From NCBI GenBank assembly GCA_032249235.1, contig JAVVGF010000004.1, positions 64,001-128,000 on the forward strand: a stretch of 64,000 nucleotides of DNA, read 5' to 3'. Origin of the DNA: Thermoproteota archaeon (GTDB lineage Archaea; Thermoproteota; Thermoprotei; Gearchaeales; Gearchaeaceae). The notes beneath the pieces are model-generated. The model saw only the letters and a list, made by a program, of their open reading frames with translations. It ran no database searches and was not told the origin of the DNA. Numbering within the stretch: the first letter of the stretch is position 1; every line of letters begins with the position of its first letter. Position numbers and translations under genes: made by a program. This document shows, in pieces, positions 1 to 8,954 of the stretch.

Positions 1-116
1 AAAGATTTAGTGCGTATATTAAAAACAATTTAAGCGTTGAAGAAATTCAAAATTATTTCGAAAAGGTTAAATCTGAGATATTTGAAAAGATAGGTGCTAA
101 AAATGTCTCTAGTTGA
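1..116 (+). CDS. rpl18: 50S ribosomal protein uL18, C-terminal fragment (partial)
   Basis: Frame 3 reads RFSAYIKNNLSVEEIQNYFEKVKSEIFEK..., resembling the archaeal L18 C-terminus. It lies directly upstream of rps5 and stops at TGA 114-116. Confidence 0.8.
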   Translation, partial: RFSAYIKNNLSVEEIQNYFEKVKSEIFEKIGAKNVSS

Positions 117-708
117 AAGCTGGCAACCAAAGACAAAACTAGGAAGACTTGTAAGGGAAGGTAAAATAACTAGCATAGATGAGATATTTCAAAACAATTA
201 CAAAATACAAGAACCTGAAATTGTAGATATTTTATTGCCAAATCTAAAGGTTCAAGTATTATATTCAACAATTGTTCAAAAACAAACAGCTGCTGGCGAA
301 ATTACTAGATTTAGAAGTTTAGTTGTAGTAGGCGATGGAAACGGCCATATTGGCTTAGGATTAGGAAAAGCGAAACAAACAAGGATCGCTATAGAGAAAG
401 CTACTGCTCAAGCAAAACTCAATTTAATACCTGTTTTGAGAGGATGCGGTAGTTGGGAATGTTCATGCGGAAGACCTCATAGCGTTCCTTTTAGAGCTTT
501 TGGAAAATGTGGTTCAGTAAGGATTGAACTTAAGCCAGGTCCATATGGTCTAGGCTTAGTAGTAGGCGAGTTCGTCAAACCAATTTTTATGCTAGCTGGT
601 ATATCTGATGTCTGGTCATTTACAAAGGGTAATACAAGTAATAGGATAAACTTTGCTTTCGCTGTTTATGATGCTTTAAAGAATCTCTATAAGTTAAACG
701 TTTTCTGA
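103..708 (+). CDS. rps5: 30S ribosomal protein uS5
   Basis: WQPKTKLGRLV and RGCGSWEC motifs; spc-cluster position; ATG at 103 preferred. Confidence 0.97.
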   Translation: MSLVESWQPKTKLGRLVREGKITSIDEIFQNNYKIQEPEIVDILLPNLKVQVLYSTIVQKQTAAGEITRFRSLVVVGDGNGHIGLGLGKAKQTRIAIEKATAQAKLNLIPVLRGCGSWECSCGRPHSVPFRAFGKCGSVRIELKPGPYGLGLVVGEFVKPIFMLAGISDVWSFTKGNTSNRINFAFAVYDALKNLYKLNVF

Positions 709-709
709 A

Positions 710-1171
710 ATGCCTGATTTGATAGCGATTGTTAGAATAAGAAGCCTCATAGATAGACATCCAGATGTAAGGAAGACTGTAGATTTGTTGAAATTAAGAA
801 GGATTAACACATGCGTTATTTATCCTGATTCTGAATCTTTAAGGGGAATGCTAAAATTGGCTTCACAAGTCGTGACTTATGGAGAAATAGATAAAGCCAC
901 ACTTGTTGAACTTCTAAAGAAAAGAGGTAGAACAATAGGAGATAAACCTTTAAATGAAGAATTGTTGAAGAAAAATGGCTATAATAGTTTTGAAGAATTA
1001 GCTGATGAGATATTTAAAACAGGTAAAATTCCGAGCTTCATTAAACCCTTCTTTAGACTTAATCCTCCTAAAGGAGGCTTCAAAAGATCTACAAAGAAAA
1101 TGATTGTAGATAAAGGAGAACTTGGATATAGAGGAAAAGATATCAATAATTTAATTCAGCGAATGTTATAG
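710..1171 (+). CDS. rpl30: 50S ribosomal protein uL30
   Basis: AIVRIRS, FRLNPPKGGF and GELGYRGKDINNLIQRM motifs; follows rps5. Confidence 0.96.
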   Translation: MPDLIAIVRIRSLIDRHPDVRKTVDLLKLRRINTCVIYPDSESLRGMLKLASQVVTYGEIDKATLVELLKKRGRTIGDKPLNEELLKKNGYNSFEELADEIFKTGKIPSFIKPFFRLNPPKGGFKRSTKKMIVDKGELGYRGKDINNLIQRML

Positions 1172-1215
1172 CGATAAGATTTTATTTGAAAAGAAACATA
1201 AAGGATATAGCTTCA

Positions 1216-1668
1216 ATGGTTGTAAGAAGAGAAAAAGCTTCAAGAAAAAGAAGAGGCTATCGAGTTCATGGTTATGGTAGAACAGGTCAGCATAGAGGTA
1301 GTGGACAGAAAGGAGGTTTTGGAAAAGCAGGTAGGAAACCTGGAAAGCATGAGTATTCATGGATTTTGAGATATGATCCTGATTATTTCGGTAAACATGG
1401 ATTCAGGAGACCTAATAAAAAAGAATTCAATGAAATAAGCTTACTTGAAATTTCTCAATATGCAGATAAATGGTTAAAAGAAGGTTTTGCTAATCTAAAA
1501 TATGGTTATCTTGAAGTAGATTTATCAAAGCTTGGTTATAACAAAGTAGTTGCAGGTGGTGAATTAAAAGGCAAGTTCATTATAAAGGCATTAGCCTTTA
1601 GCGATGCTGCATTGAAGAAAATAAAGGAATCAGGTAGCATTGCGATAGTTGAAAATGTCAGCTCTTAA
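1216..1668 (+). CDS. rpl15: 50S ribosomal protein uL15
   Basis: RKRRGYRVHGYG...GGFGKAG...YFGKHGF; ATG 1216 chosen as start. Confidence 0.96.
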   Translation: MVVRREKASRKRRGYRVHGYGRTGQHRGSGQKGGFGKAGRKPGKHEYSWILRYDPDYFGKHGFRRPNKKEFNEISLLEISQYADKWLKEGFANLKYGYLEVDLSKLGYNKVVAGGELKGKFIIKALAFSDAALKKIKESGSIAIVENVSS

Positions 1669-3079
1669 TTCTTTAAGGCCTATCTTAAGATATCTTCCTG
1701 AAATACCAAAAGCTAGAAGACCAGTAAGCTTTAGAGAAAAAGCTGCATGGACTTTAATGGTGCTTACAATTTATATTATTTTCACTCAAATACCTCTATA
1801 TCCTTTATCTTCTTCACAACAAGCAATTCCAGTACCTGCATTGTTTTCTATAATATTTGCTACAAGGATGGGGACGCTTGCACAACTTGGAGTTGGACCT
1901 ATAGTTACTGCAGGTTTAATTATGCAATTGCTCGTAGGTTCAAAAATAATAAATCTAGATCTTACTGATCGTTCGCAAAGAGCACTATTTACAGGCGTTC
2001 AGAAATTCTTAGCAATCATCTTCACCGCTTTAGAAGCTTCAGTATTCGTTTCAAGCGGTATTTTGCCAGCTGGAAGTTTAAGCAATGCAGTCCTAATAAT
2101 TTTGCAATTATTAGGAGTTGGTATATTGATAATTTTATTTGATGAGATATTGCAAAAAGGATATGGATTTGGAAGCGCTGTAAGTCTTTTCATATTAGCA
2201 GGTGTCGCATTACAAATTTCTGTAGAACTATTTAGCCCTGCTTTTGCTAATGGTAGCTATGCTGGTCTTTTACCTGAGGCTATATACGTATTGAATGGAG
2301 GTGGTAGCTTAAGCGATTTCTTATTCGGAAATCCAAATCTTGCCCGTTCATCTAGTCTAATTGGATTGATCGCAATGATTTTTACTTTAATCATAATCGT
2401 TTATTTACAGCAAGTAAAAATAGAAATACCTGTAGCATATCCTAAATATGGTGGAATTAAAGCAAAAATACCACTTCAGTTGATCTATGTATCAAACGTT
2501 CCAGTAATACTTGCAGGAGCATTGACGGCAAATCTATTATTTTTTGGACAAATAGCTTGGAATAATTACAATAGAGCTAATAATGATCCTGTTTGGAATG
2601 CAATCGCTCAATTTAATATCATTAATAATCAGGCAGTGCCTAGTGGAGGCATATTGTATTATTTATCCCCTCCAAGAGGTCTAAATGCTGCCTTTAGGGA
2701 TCCTTTGCATGCTTTGATTTATGTTCTTTTATTCTCGCTATTATGTGTTTTATTCGCTTTGGCATGGGTAGAAACCTCTGGTATGAGTGCAGAGGAACAA
2801 GCTAGAAGATTAGTTAAATCTGGTATTCAAGTACCTGGCTTTAGACATAGCGAATTAGTATTGGGTAATTTGTTAAAAAGATATACTAGAACATTGACAT
2901 GGTTTAGCGGTTTAATAATAGGGCTCATTGCTTCGATTTCAGATGTTGTAGGTATCATAGGTACAGGAATAGGCATTCTTTTAGCAGTAGGTATAGTTTA
3001 TCAATATTATATGATATTGGCAAGAGAGAGAATAGAAGAAGAATTCCCATCTATAGCAAGATTGCTTGAGGTGACATAA
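1655..3079 (+). CDS. secY: Preprotein translocase SecY/Sec61alpha
   Basis: GTLAQLGVGPIVTAGLIMQLL, YVSNVPVIL and GTGILLAVGI motifs; about 10 TM segments. Confidence 0.98.
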   Translation: MSALNSLRPILRYLPEIPKARRPVSFREKAAWTLMVLTIYIIFTQIPLYPLSSSQQAIPVPALFSIIFATRMGTLAQLGVGPIVTAGLIMQLLVGSKIINLDLTDRSQRALFTGVQKFLAIIFTALEASVFVSSGILPAGSLSNAVLIILQLLGVGILIILFDEILQKGYGFGSAVSLFILAGVALQISVELFSPAFANGSYAGLLPEAIYVLNGGGSLSDFLFGNPNLARSSSLIGLIAMIFTLIIIVYLQQVKIEIPVAYPKYGGIKAKIPLQLIYVSNVPVILAGALTANLLFFGQIAWNNYNRANNDPVWNAIAQFNIINNQAVPSGGILYYLSPPRGLNAAFRDPLHALIYVLLFSLLCVLFALAWVETSGMSAEEQARRLVKSGIQVPGFRHSELVLGNLLKRYTRTLTWFSGLIIGLIASISDVVGIIGTGIGILLAVGIVYQYYMILARERIEEEFPSIARLLEVT

Positions 3080-3543
3080 TGGGCGATATATATTTTATAC
3101 TTCATGAATTTTCTCTGATAATATTATTTGCATTAATTCCAGCTTTACTTTCAGCTTTCTTAAACAGACTTCTCATCTCTAGGTCTTTCGGTATCGAAAG
3201 ATATAGAAGAATAATGAGGGAAATTAGGGATTTTGATAAGCAATTACTTCAGGCTGCAAGAAGCAAAGACAATTCAAAGTTAGAAAAATTGCAAGCAAAA
3301 AAACCTTATATCGATAAAATGCGTTCTCAAACATTCAAGATTACTATGATATCTACGATGGTCATGTTATTATTTTACTATGTATTTTTTGTTTACCTAT
3401 TTGTCATGATATTTAAAGAACCATTCGATGTATTGTTCCCTATCATTTCTTCTAATTTCTCTATACCACTTTATTATTGGTATATCATTTGTCTTATGCT
3501 ATTAAGTTTATTAATAAATAGGAAGATAGGAATCTATTATTGA
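3079..3543 (+). CDS. DUF106 / EMC3-TMCO1 (Oxa1 superfamily) membrane protein
   Basis: TM, coiled coil, TM, TM layout with a C-terminal YWYII motif; conserved position after secY. Confidence 0.85.
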   Translation: MGDIYFILHEFSLIILFALIPALLSAFLNRLLISRSFGIERYRRIMREIRDFDKQLLQAARSKDNSKLEKLQAKKPYIDKMRSQTFKITMISTMVMLLFYYVFFVYLFVMIFKEPFDVLFPIISSNFSIPLYYWYIICLMLLSLLINRKIGIYY

Positions 3544-3544
3544 A

Positions 3545-3805
3545 ATGCCTAGGCCTGCACATAGAAATGATAAGATACATTTGGTTAGGACGCCAGGAGG
3601 AATTGTTAAAATACATTATGAAAAACCTAAAAGAAATAAGGATAAGTGTGCAATATGCAAATCTGAGCTCCATGGGACTTATCATGGAAGGGGAGGCTTA
3701 TCTAAATCTTCAAGAAGAGTTAAAAGACCATACGGCGGGCATTTATGTCCCAATTGTCTTAAGAATCTAATAGAAAGTAAAGTAATAGCTCAAATTAAGA
3801 TTTGA
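3545..3805 (+). CDS. rpl34e: 50S ribosomal protein eL34
   Basis: MPRPAHR...VRTPGG, CAIC, RPYGGHLCPNC. Confidence 0.96.
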   Translation: MPRPAHRNDKIHLVRTPGGIVKIHYEKPKRNKDKCAICKSELHGTYHGRGGLSKSSRRVKRPYGGHLCPNCLKNLIESKVIAQIKI

Positions 3806-4362
3806 TAGTTATAGCATTAAGCGGTTTAGCAGGTTCTGGTAAAACGACCGTTGGTAAAAGAGTTTCTCAGCATTTCAAGCTTAGATTTATATCCATAGGA
3901 AGTCTGTTCAGAGAAATGGCACAAGAGTTGAATGTAAGCTTAGAAGAATTCCATCGTATGGCTGAAAAAGATCCAAAATACGATTTGCTGGTCGATAATA
4001 AAGCAATAGAGGAAGCTAAAAAGGGTAATGTTTTAATTGAAGGTCATCTTGCATGCTGGATATTAAAGGATATTGCTGATATCAAAATTTATCTAATTGC
4101 TCCTTTGGAAGAAAGAGCGAAAAGGATTGCAGAAAGAGACAATTTGAGCTTTGAAAAAGCTATCGAAGAAATTAAAAAAAGAGAAGAGAGCAATAGAAAA
4201 AGATACAAAGAAATATATGGCATAGATATAAATGACCTTTCTATCATGGATTTCATAATAAATACTTCAAAATTTTCTCCTGAAGGTATTGAGAAAATAC
4301 TTATATCTATAATTGAAGCATATCTCTCTAATAAGAATGCCTCCATTAGTTACGATAGGTAG
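3802..4362 (+). CDS. cmk: Cytidylate kinase (archaeal type)
   Basis: P-loop SGLAGSGKTT, IEGHL, RYKEIYGID; conserved synteny. Confidence 0.93.
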   Translation: MIVIALSGLAGSGKTTVGKRVSQHFKLRFISIGSLFREMAQELNVSLEEFHRMAEKDPKYDLLVDNKAIEEAKKGNVLIEGHLACWILKDIADIKIYLIAPLEERAKRIAERDNLSFEKAIEEIKKREESNRKRYKEIYGIDINDLSIMDFIINTSKFSPEGIEKILISIIEAYLSNKNASISYDR

Positions 4363-4612
4363 ATTAGCAGTAAAGTTAAGAGGTAGAGATGCAGGTCGTA
4401 AATGCGTATTAGTTAATATAATCGACAAAAATTTCGTAACAGTAACGGGTCCTAAGCAATTAACAGGTGTTAGAAGAAGGAAGGTGAATATAGATCATTT
4501 ATTGCTATTACCTCAGCAGATTAAAATATCCAAGAATGCATCTGATGAAGAAGTGTTGAAAGCTTTGCAAGAAGCAAATTTAATAGATTTCATGAAAGAA
4601 GGAGTGATATGA
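4337..4612 (+). CDS. rpl14e: 50S ribosomal protein eL14
   Basis: IGRLAVKLRGRDAGRKCV...TGVRRRKVNIDHL. Confidence 0.96.
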   Translation: MPPLVTIGRLAVKLRGRDAGRKCVLVNIIDKNFVTVTGPKQLTGVRRRKVNIDHLLLLPQQIKISKNASDEEVLKALQEANLIDFMKEGVI

Positions 4613-5588
4613 ATCAAAGACAAATTTTATACAAAAAGGATAGTAAAGTTAGGATAAAGCTTAGCCCAATCCCTTTTGTTAAAAGGACCATTGAAGAGCA
4701 TTTGAATTATTCTTTTTGTCTTCTAGATAAGCCTAGAGGACCAACAAGTCATGAAATTGCTGCTTGGATTAAAAAAGAATTCGGAATACCTGTTACTCAC
4801 AGCGGGACCCTAGAAGATTTTGGGGAAATCCCGCTGTATCAGGTTTATTATTAATATTATTTGGAAAAGCTAGGAAGCTGAGCAATTTGCTGGCTAGATT
4901 TGATAAGACTTATATCTGCGAAATGCAATTGCATGAAGAAGTAGAGGAAGAAAAATTAAGAAATGTCATTAATCTTTTTGTAGGAAAAATATACCAAAAG
5001 CCTCCTTTGAGATCCGCTGTTAAAAAAGTTCCAAGAATTAGAAAAATTTATTCAATCGATATTTTAGACATTGTTGGAAGGAATGTCTTGATGCAAGTTA
5101 GATGTGAAGCAGGCACTTATGTTAGGAAACTTTGTTTCGATATAGGAGAAGTCCTAGGTTCTGGTGCACATATGACTGAGCTTAGGAGAATTGCAATTGG
5201 TTTTTTAGACGAAAATTATGAATACATTGCTACAATGCACGAATTATTCGGAGCTTATAGATTGTGGAAGAATAAAAACGAAGATTTCTATTTGAGATAT
5301 TATTTAAGACCTATTGAAGAATTGCTTTTCTTTTTACCTAAGGTATTTGTTAAAGATACTGCTCTTTTCTCAATAACTCATGGTTCTTTTATTGCAGCAC
5401 CTGCTATTGTAGCTGTTACATCAGATTTGAAAAAGAATCAAAATGTTGGCATATATAATTTAAACAATGAGCTGATTGCAATAGGTAAATCTGAAATGGA
5501 TGCTAAAGAAGCAATAGAAAAAGAAAAAGGAGTGGTTGTAAAAATAGATAAGGTTTTGAAAGTATATGAGAAGAAAGAAGTCGAATGA
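4609..5588 (+). CDS. cbf5: H/ACA pseudouridine synthase Cbf5, intron-split (exons 4609-4813 and 4828-5588; 321 aa spliced)
   Basis: LDKPRGPTSHE motif. Removing 14 nt restores HSGTLDPAVSG and joins the two ORF-track fragments in frame. YQKPPLRSAVK and GTYVRKLC motifs, C-terminal PUA domain. Confidence 0.95.
4814..4827 (+). other. Archaeal BHB intron (14 nt, AAGAUUUUGGGGAA) in cbf5 pre-mRNA
   Basis: Outer helix AGCGGGA/UCCCGCU, central 4-bp helix CCCU/GGGG, bulges AGA (4812-14) and AAA (4826-28). Cutting after the 2nd nt of each bulge gives G+AU = catalytic Asp codon. Confidence 0.92.
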
Positions 5589-5672
5589 CGCCGGGAGTGG
5601 GATTTGAACCCACGAGGGCAAACGCCCACAGGCTCTCCAGGCCTGCGCCTTACCTGGCTAGGCTATCCCGGC
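5589..5672 (-). tRNA. tRNA-Ser(GGA)
   Basis: GCCGGGA acceptor, anticodon arm CAGGC-CUGGAGA-GCCUG, long variable arm, GUUCAAAUC T-loop. Confidence 0.97.
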
Positions 5673-5718
5673 TATAGCTAAAAGATTTTAAAGGTGTCTA
5701 ACTAATAAATTTACTATA

Positions 5719-6165
5719 ATGTCTCAAAATTTCAAATATGTAGTAAGGATATCGAATACTGATTTGAATGGTAAGGATCAGCTATTTTATGCATTACAAA
5801 AAATAAAGGGAATTGGTATTAATACTGCCATCGCTATTTGTAGGCTTGCTGGTTTTCATCCCTATACAAAATTAGGCTCTTTGAATGATGAAGACATTAA
5901 AAAGATTGAATATCTAGTCAAGAACTTACATGAAAAAGTTCCATGGTGGTTCAATAATTATAAAAAGGAACGCTTTACTGGGCAAAATATTCATTTGATA
6001 GAGTCTGATTTGATATTAAAAGCAAGGGAAGATATAGAATTCCAGAAAGCTTTGAAGAGCTGGAAAGGAATGAGGCATGCTGCAGGTTTAAAGGTTAGAG
6101 GGCAATCTACGAGAACAACAGGTAGAACTGGTTTAACAGTGGGAGTTACAAAGAAAGCTCAATGA
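5719..6165 (+). CDS. rps13: 30S ribosomal protein uS13
   Basis: IKGIG, WKGMRHAAGLKVRGQSTRTTGR. Confidence 0.97.
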   Translation: MSQNFKYVVRISNTDLNGKDQLFYALQKIKGIGINTAIAICRLAGFHPYTKLGSLNDEDIKKIEYLVKNLHEKVPWWFNNYKKERFTGQNIHLIESDLILKAREDIEFQKALKSWKGMRHAAGLKVRGQSTRTTGRTGLTVGVTKKAQ

Positions 6166-6166
6166 A

Positions 6167-6625
6167 ATGAGGAGATTTAAGAAGACTTGGGAAGGGCCAA
6201 GGCATCCATGGAGAAAGGATGTTTTACTTGCAGAAATCGATCTTCTTGGCCGTTATGGATTAAAAAACAAGAGAGAGCTTTGGAAGATGAAAACAATATT
6301 GAGAAAGATAAGGAAAAGAGCAAGAGCACTTTTAGCTTTGTCTCCTACAGAAAGAGCTATAGAAGAAGAAAAGCTGAAGAACCTTTTAATAAAGTATGGC
6401 TTGATCGATGAAAATGCCGATATCAGTGCTATCTTATCTCTAACCATAGAAGACATATTGAAAAGAAGACTTCAAACAGTTGTTTATAATTTAAAGCTTG
6501 CTAATAGCATTTATCATGCAAGGCAATTAATAGTTCATAAAAAGGTAATGGTTGGAGATAGAATTATATCAAGTCCTTCTTATTTGGTAAAGAAAGACGA
6601 GGAAGATAAAATAAAGATAATATGA
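6167..6625 (+). CDS. rps4: 30S ribosomal protein uS4
   Basis: [32 protein letters not shown]. Confidence 0.97.
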   Translation: MRRFKKTWEGPRHPWRKDVLLAEIDLLGRYGLKNKRELWKMKTILRKIRKRARALLALSPTERAIEEEKLKNLLIKYGLIDENADISAILSLTIEDILKRRLQTVVYNLKLANSIYHARQLIVHKKVMVGDRIISSPSYLVKKDEEDKIKII

Positions 6626-7017
6626 GCGAAAAGAATAAGCTTTGGGGTATAGCTCATATTTATTCGTCAAGAAATAATACTTTAATCTACATTACTGATC
6701 TTTCTGGGGCTCATCTAATAACTTGGAAATCTTGTGGAACAGTTGTTAAGGCAGATAGAGAAAAGAAAACGCCATATGCTGCGATGATGGCAGCATTCAA
6801 AGCAGCTGAAGAAGCGATAAGTAAAGGTATCGCAGGTGTGCACATAAAAGTTAGAGCTCCTGGAGGACATGGGCAAAAAACACCAGGGCCTGGAGCAAAT
6901 GCTGCTATTAGAGCGCTTGCAAGAGCAGGATTGATGATAGGCAGAATCGAAGACGTTACACCTCTTCCGCATGACACAACAAGGAAACCAGGAGGTAGGA
7001 GAGGTAGGAGAGTCTAG
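6622..7017 (+). CDS. rps11: 30S ribosomal protein uS11
   Basis: [46 protein letters not shown]. Confidence 0.98.
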   Translation: MSEKNKLWGIAHIYSSRNNTLIYITDLSGAHLITWKSCGTVVKADREKKTPYAAMMAAFKAAEEAISKGIAGVHIKVRAPGGHGQKTPGPGANAAIRALARAGLMIGRIEDVTPLPHDTTRKPGGRRGRRV

Positions 7018-7495
7018 AATTGTTGTTTTAGGAGGTTCTTTTAGCCAAATTCATAAAGGTCATATTGAATTGTTAAAGAGTGCCTTAAAAATATCTAAGA
7101 GATTAAAAATTGGTTTAGTTTTCGATCCTGGAAATAAACCTTTTAAGGAATTAATTGAAGATTATCAAACAAGATACAATAAATTGAAAAAAGCTATATT
7201 AGAATTAGATAAAGAAGCGGATTTCGAAATTGTTCCGATTTATGATCCTTATGGTCCTTCCATTAGCGAACCCAATTTGACTGATATTGTTTGCACCGAA
7301 GAAACTTTACCTAGAGCAATAGAAATAAATGAGATAAGGAAGAAAAAAGGTTTAAAGCCCTTGAATGTTCATTACATAATTCTAGCATTAGCAGAAGATC
7401 TCTTACCGATAAGAAGCTCAAGGATTAGAGCTGGGCAAATTGATGAAAATGGAAAATTATTAGTAAAAGAAGTTAAGATAATTTATGATGAATGA
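6971..7495 (+). CDS. coaD: Phosphopantetheine adenylyltransferase (archaeal/eukaryotic type); start uncertain
   Basis: [11 protein letters not shown] (HxGH), [27 protein letters not shown]. Confidence 0.85.
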   Translation: MTQQGNQEVGEVGESRIVVLGGSFSQIHKGHIELLKSALKISKRLKIGLVFDPGNKPFKELIEDYQTRYNKLKKAILELDKEADFEIVPIYDPYGPSISEPNLTDIVCTEETLPRAIEINEIRKKKGLKPLNVHYIILALAEDLLPIRSSRIRAGQIDENGKLLVKEVKIIYDE

Positions 7496-8954
7496 AATTA
7501 AATTTTACGAAAGAGAATATCAAATTCTTAATAAAATTCTTAATGATTTCAAAAGCCTTCAAGAATTATCCAGCGAGTTGAACATCCCTTTCGCTACTCT
7601 TTATAGCTGGGTAGAAGATCTGAAGATTAAAGGATATGTTGATGCAAGAGATGAAATTCTTAAAAAGATATCTTTGACAGAAGAAGGAAAAAGATACGCT
7701 GAACAAGGTCTACCTGAGAAGAGATTGGCTTTAATTCTAAAAGAAAAAGAAGCAATGAGTTTAGAAGAATTGAAATCATTCTTCACAAAAAATGAGTTGG
7801 ATATTGCAATAATGCATGCTTTAAAAAAAGGCTTTATAAAATATTTTGAAGGAAAAATAAAATTTGTAAGTTTGTATGAGACAAATGATGAAAAGTTATT
7901 AAATGAGATAAAAAATAAAGGTGAAATAATCGTAAATGAATTAAATGAAGAATTAAAAATTTTAAAAAGGAGAGGATTAATTGAAGTAAATGAATTTAAA
8001 AAGACTTATATAAAAGCAAGCAAATTTGTAAGAGATTCAATAATATCTAAAAATTATGTAATAATACCTGAAATTTCTAAAATAACAAGCGATGATATTA
8101 TCTCAGGCAAATGGAAACAATATCCTTTGAAGGCTTATAACTTAGAAGCTTTACCACCAATCGTTTATTTTGGTAGATCGCAAGTATACATGAGATTTCT
8201 TGAAGAAGTTAAAAAAGTCCTATTAGAAATGGGTTTTGAAGAATATGATTGGGATTATATCCTTCCAGAATTATGGAATTTCGATGTGTTATTTGTTCCG
8301 CAAGATCATCCAGCAAGAGATGTTCAAGACACTTTCAGAGTAAATCTTCCTCCAGCTATTTTGGATGAAATTTTTGCTGAAAAAGTTAAAGATATGCATG
8401 AAAAGGTATTCAATGAAGCTTTAGGATGGAACTATAAATGGGATGCAGAAATTGCTCGAAGGCTTGTTTTAAGAACACATACAACACCCGTTTCTATAAG
8501 ATACATATACGAGAATAAAGATAAAGAAGCAAAAGTTTTTTGTATTTCTAGAAACTTTAGAAGAGATTTGCCTGATAGAACACATTTCATAGAATTTTAT
8601 CAATGTGAAGGAATAATGGTAGGAAATAAGCTAAATTTCTCTAATTTATTATATTTCCTTAAAGAATTTGCCTCAAGATTGGGCCTAGAGAAAATTAGAT
8701 TCAAGCCTAGCTACTTTCCTTTCACTGAACCAAGTGTAGAAGGTTCTGTCTATCATGATAAATTAGGTTGGATCGAAGCCTTACCTGGAGGAATGTTCAG
8801 ACCTGAAATGTTAAATATGCTCGGAGTTAAATCTCGAGTTCTAGCATGGGGAATAGGTATTGATAGACTTGCAATGGCTTATTTAGGAATAGATGATATA
8901 AGAGAATTGTTCTCAAAGGATTTGAATTTCCTAAGAAGTGCAAGAATGTTGTAA
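7485..8954 (+). CDS. pheS: Phenylalanyl-tRNA synthetase alpha subunit
   Basis: WNFDVLFVPQDHPARDVQDTF, LRTHTT, YFPFTEPS, AWGIGIDRLAM. Confidence 0.98.
   Translation: MMNEIKFYEREYQILNKILNDFKSLQELSSELNIPFATLYSWVEDLKIKGYVDARDEILKKISLTEEGKRYAEQGLPEKRLALILKEKEAMSLEELKSFFTKNELDIAIMHALKKGFIKYFEGKIKFVSLYETNDEKLLNEIKNKGEIIVNELNEELKILKRRGLIEVNEFKKTYIKASKFVRDSIISKNYVIIPEISKITSDDIISGKWKQYPLKAYNLEALPPIVYFGRSQVYMRFLEEVKKVLLEMGFEEYDWDYILPELWNFDVLFVPQDHPARDVQDTFRVNLPPAILDEIFAEKVKDMHEKVFNEALGWNYKWDAEIARRLVLRTHTTPVSIRYIYENKDKEAKVFCISRNFRRDLPDRTHFIEFYQCEGIMVGNKLNFSNLLYFLKEFASRLGLEKIRFKPSYFPFTEPSVEGSVYHDKLGWIEALPGGMFRPEMLNMLGVKSRVLAWGIGIDRLAMAYLGIDDIRELFSKDLNFLRSARML

Noticed and set aside
4609-4854. cbf5 as a frameshifted pseudogene or two separate genes
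   Set aside because: A well-formed BHB intron explains the break and restores the catalytic motif.
5438-5629. 63-aa minus-strand ORF
   Set aside because: Shadow of tRNA-Ser and the cbf5 3' end.
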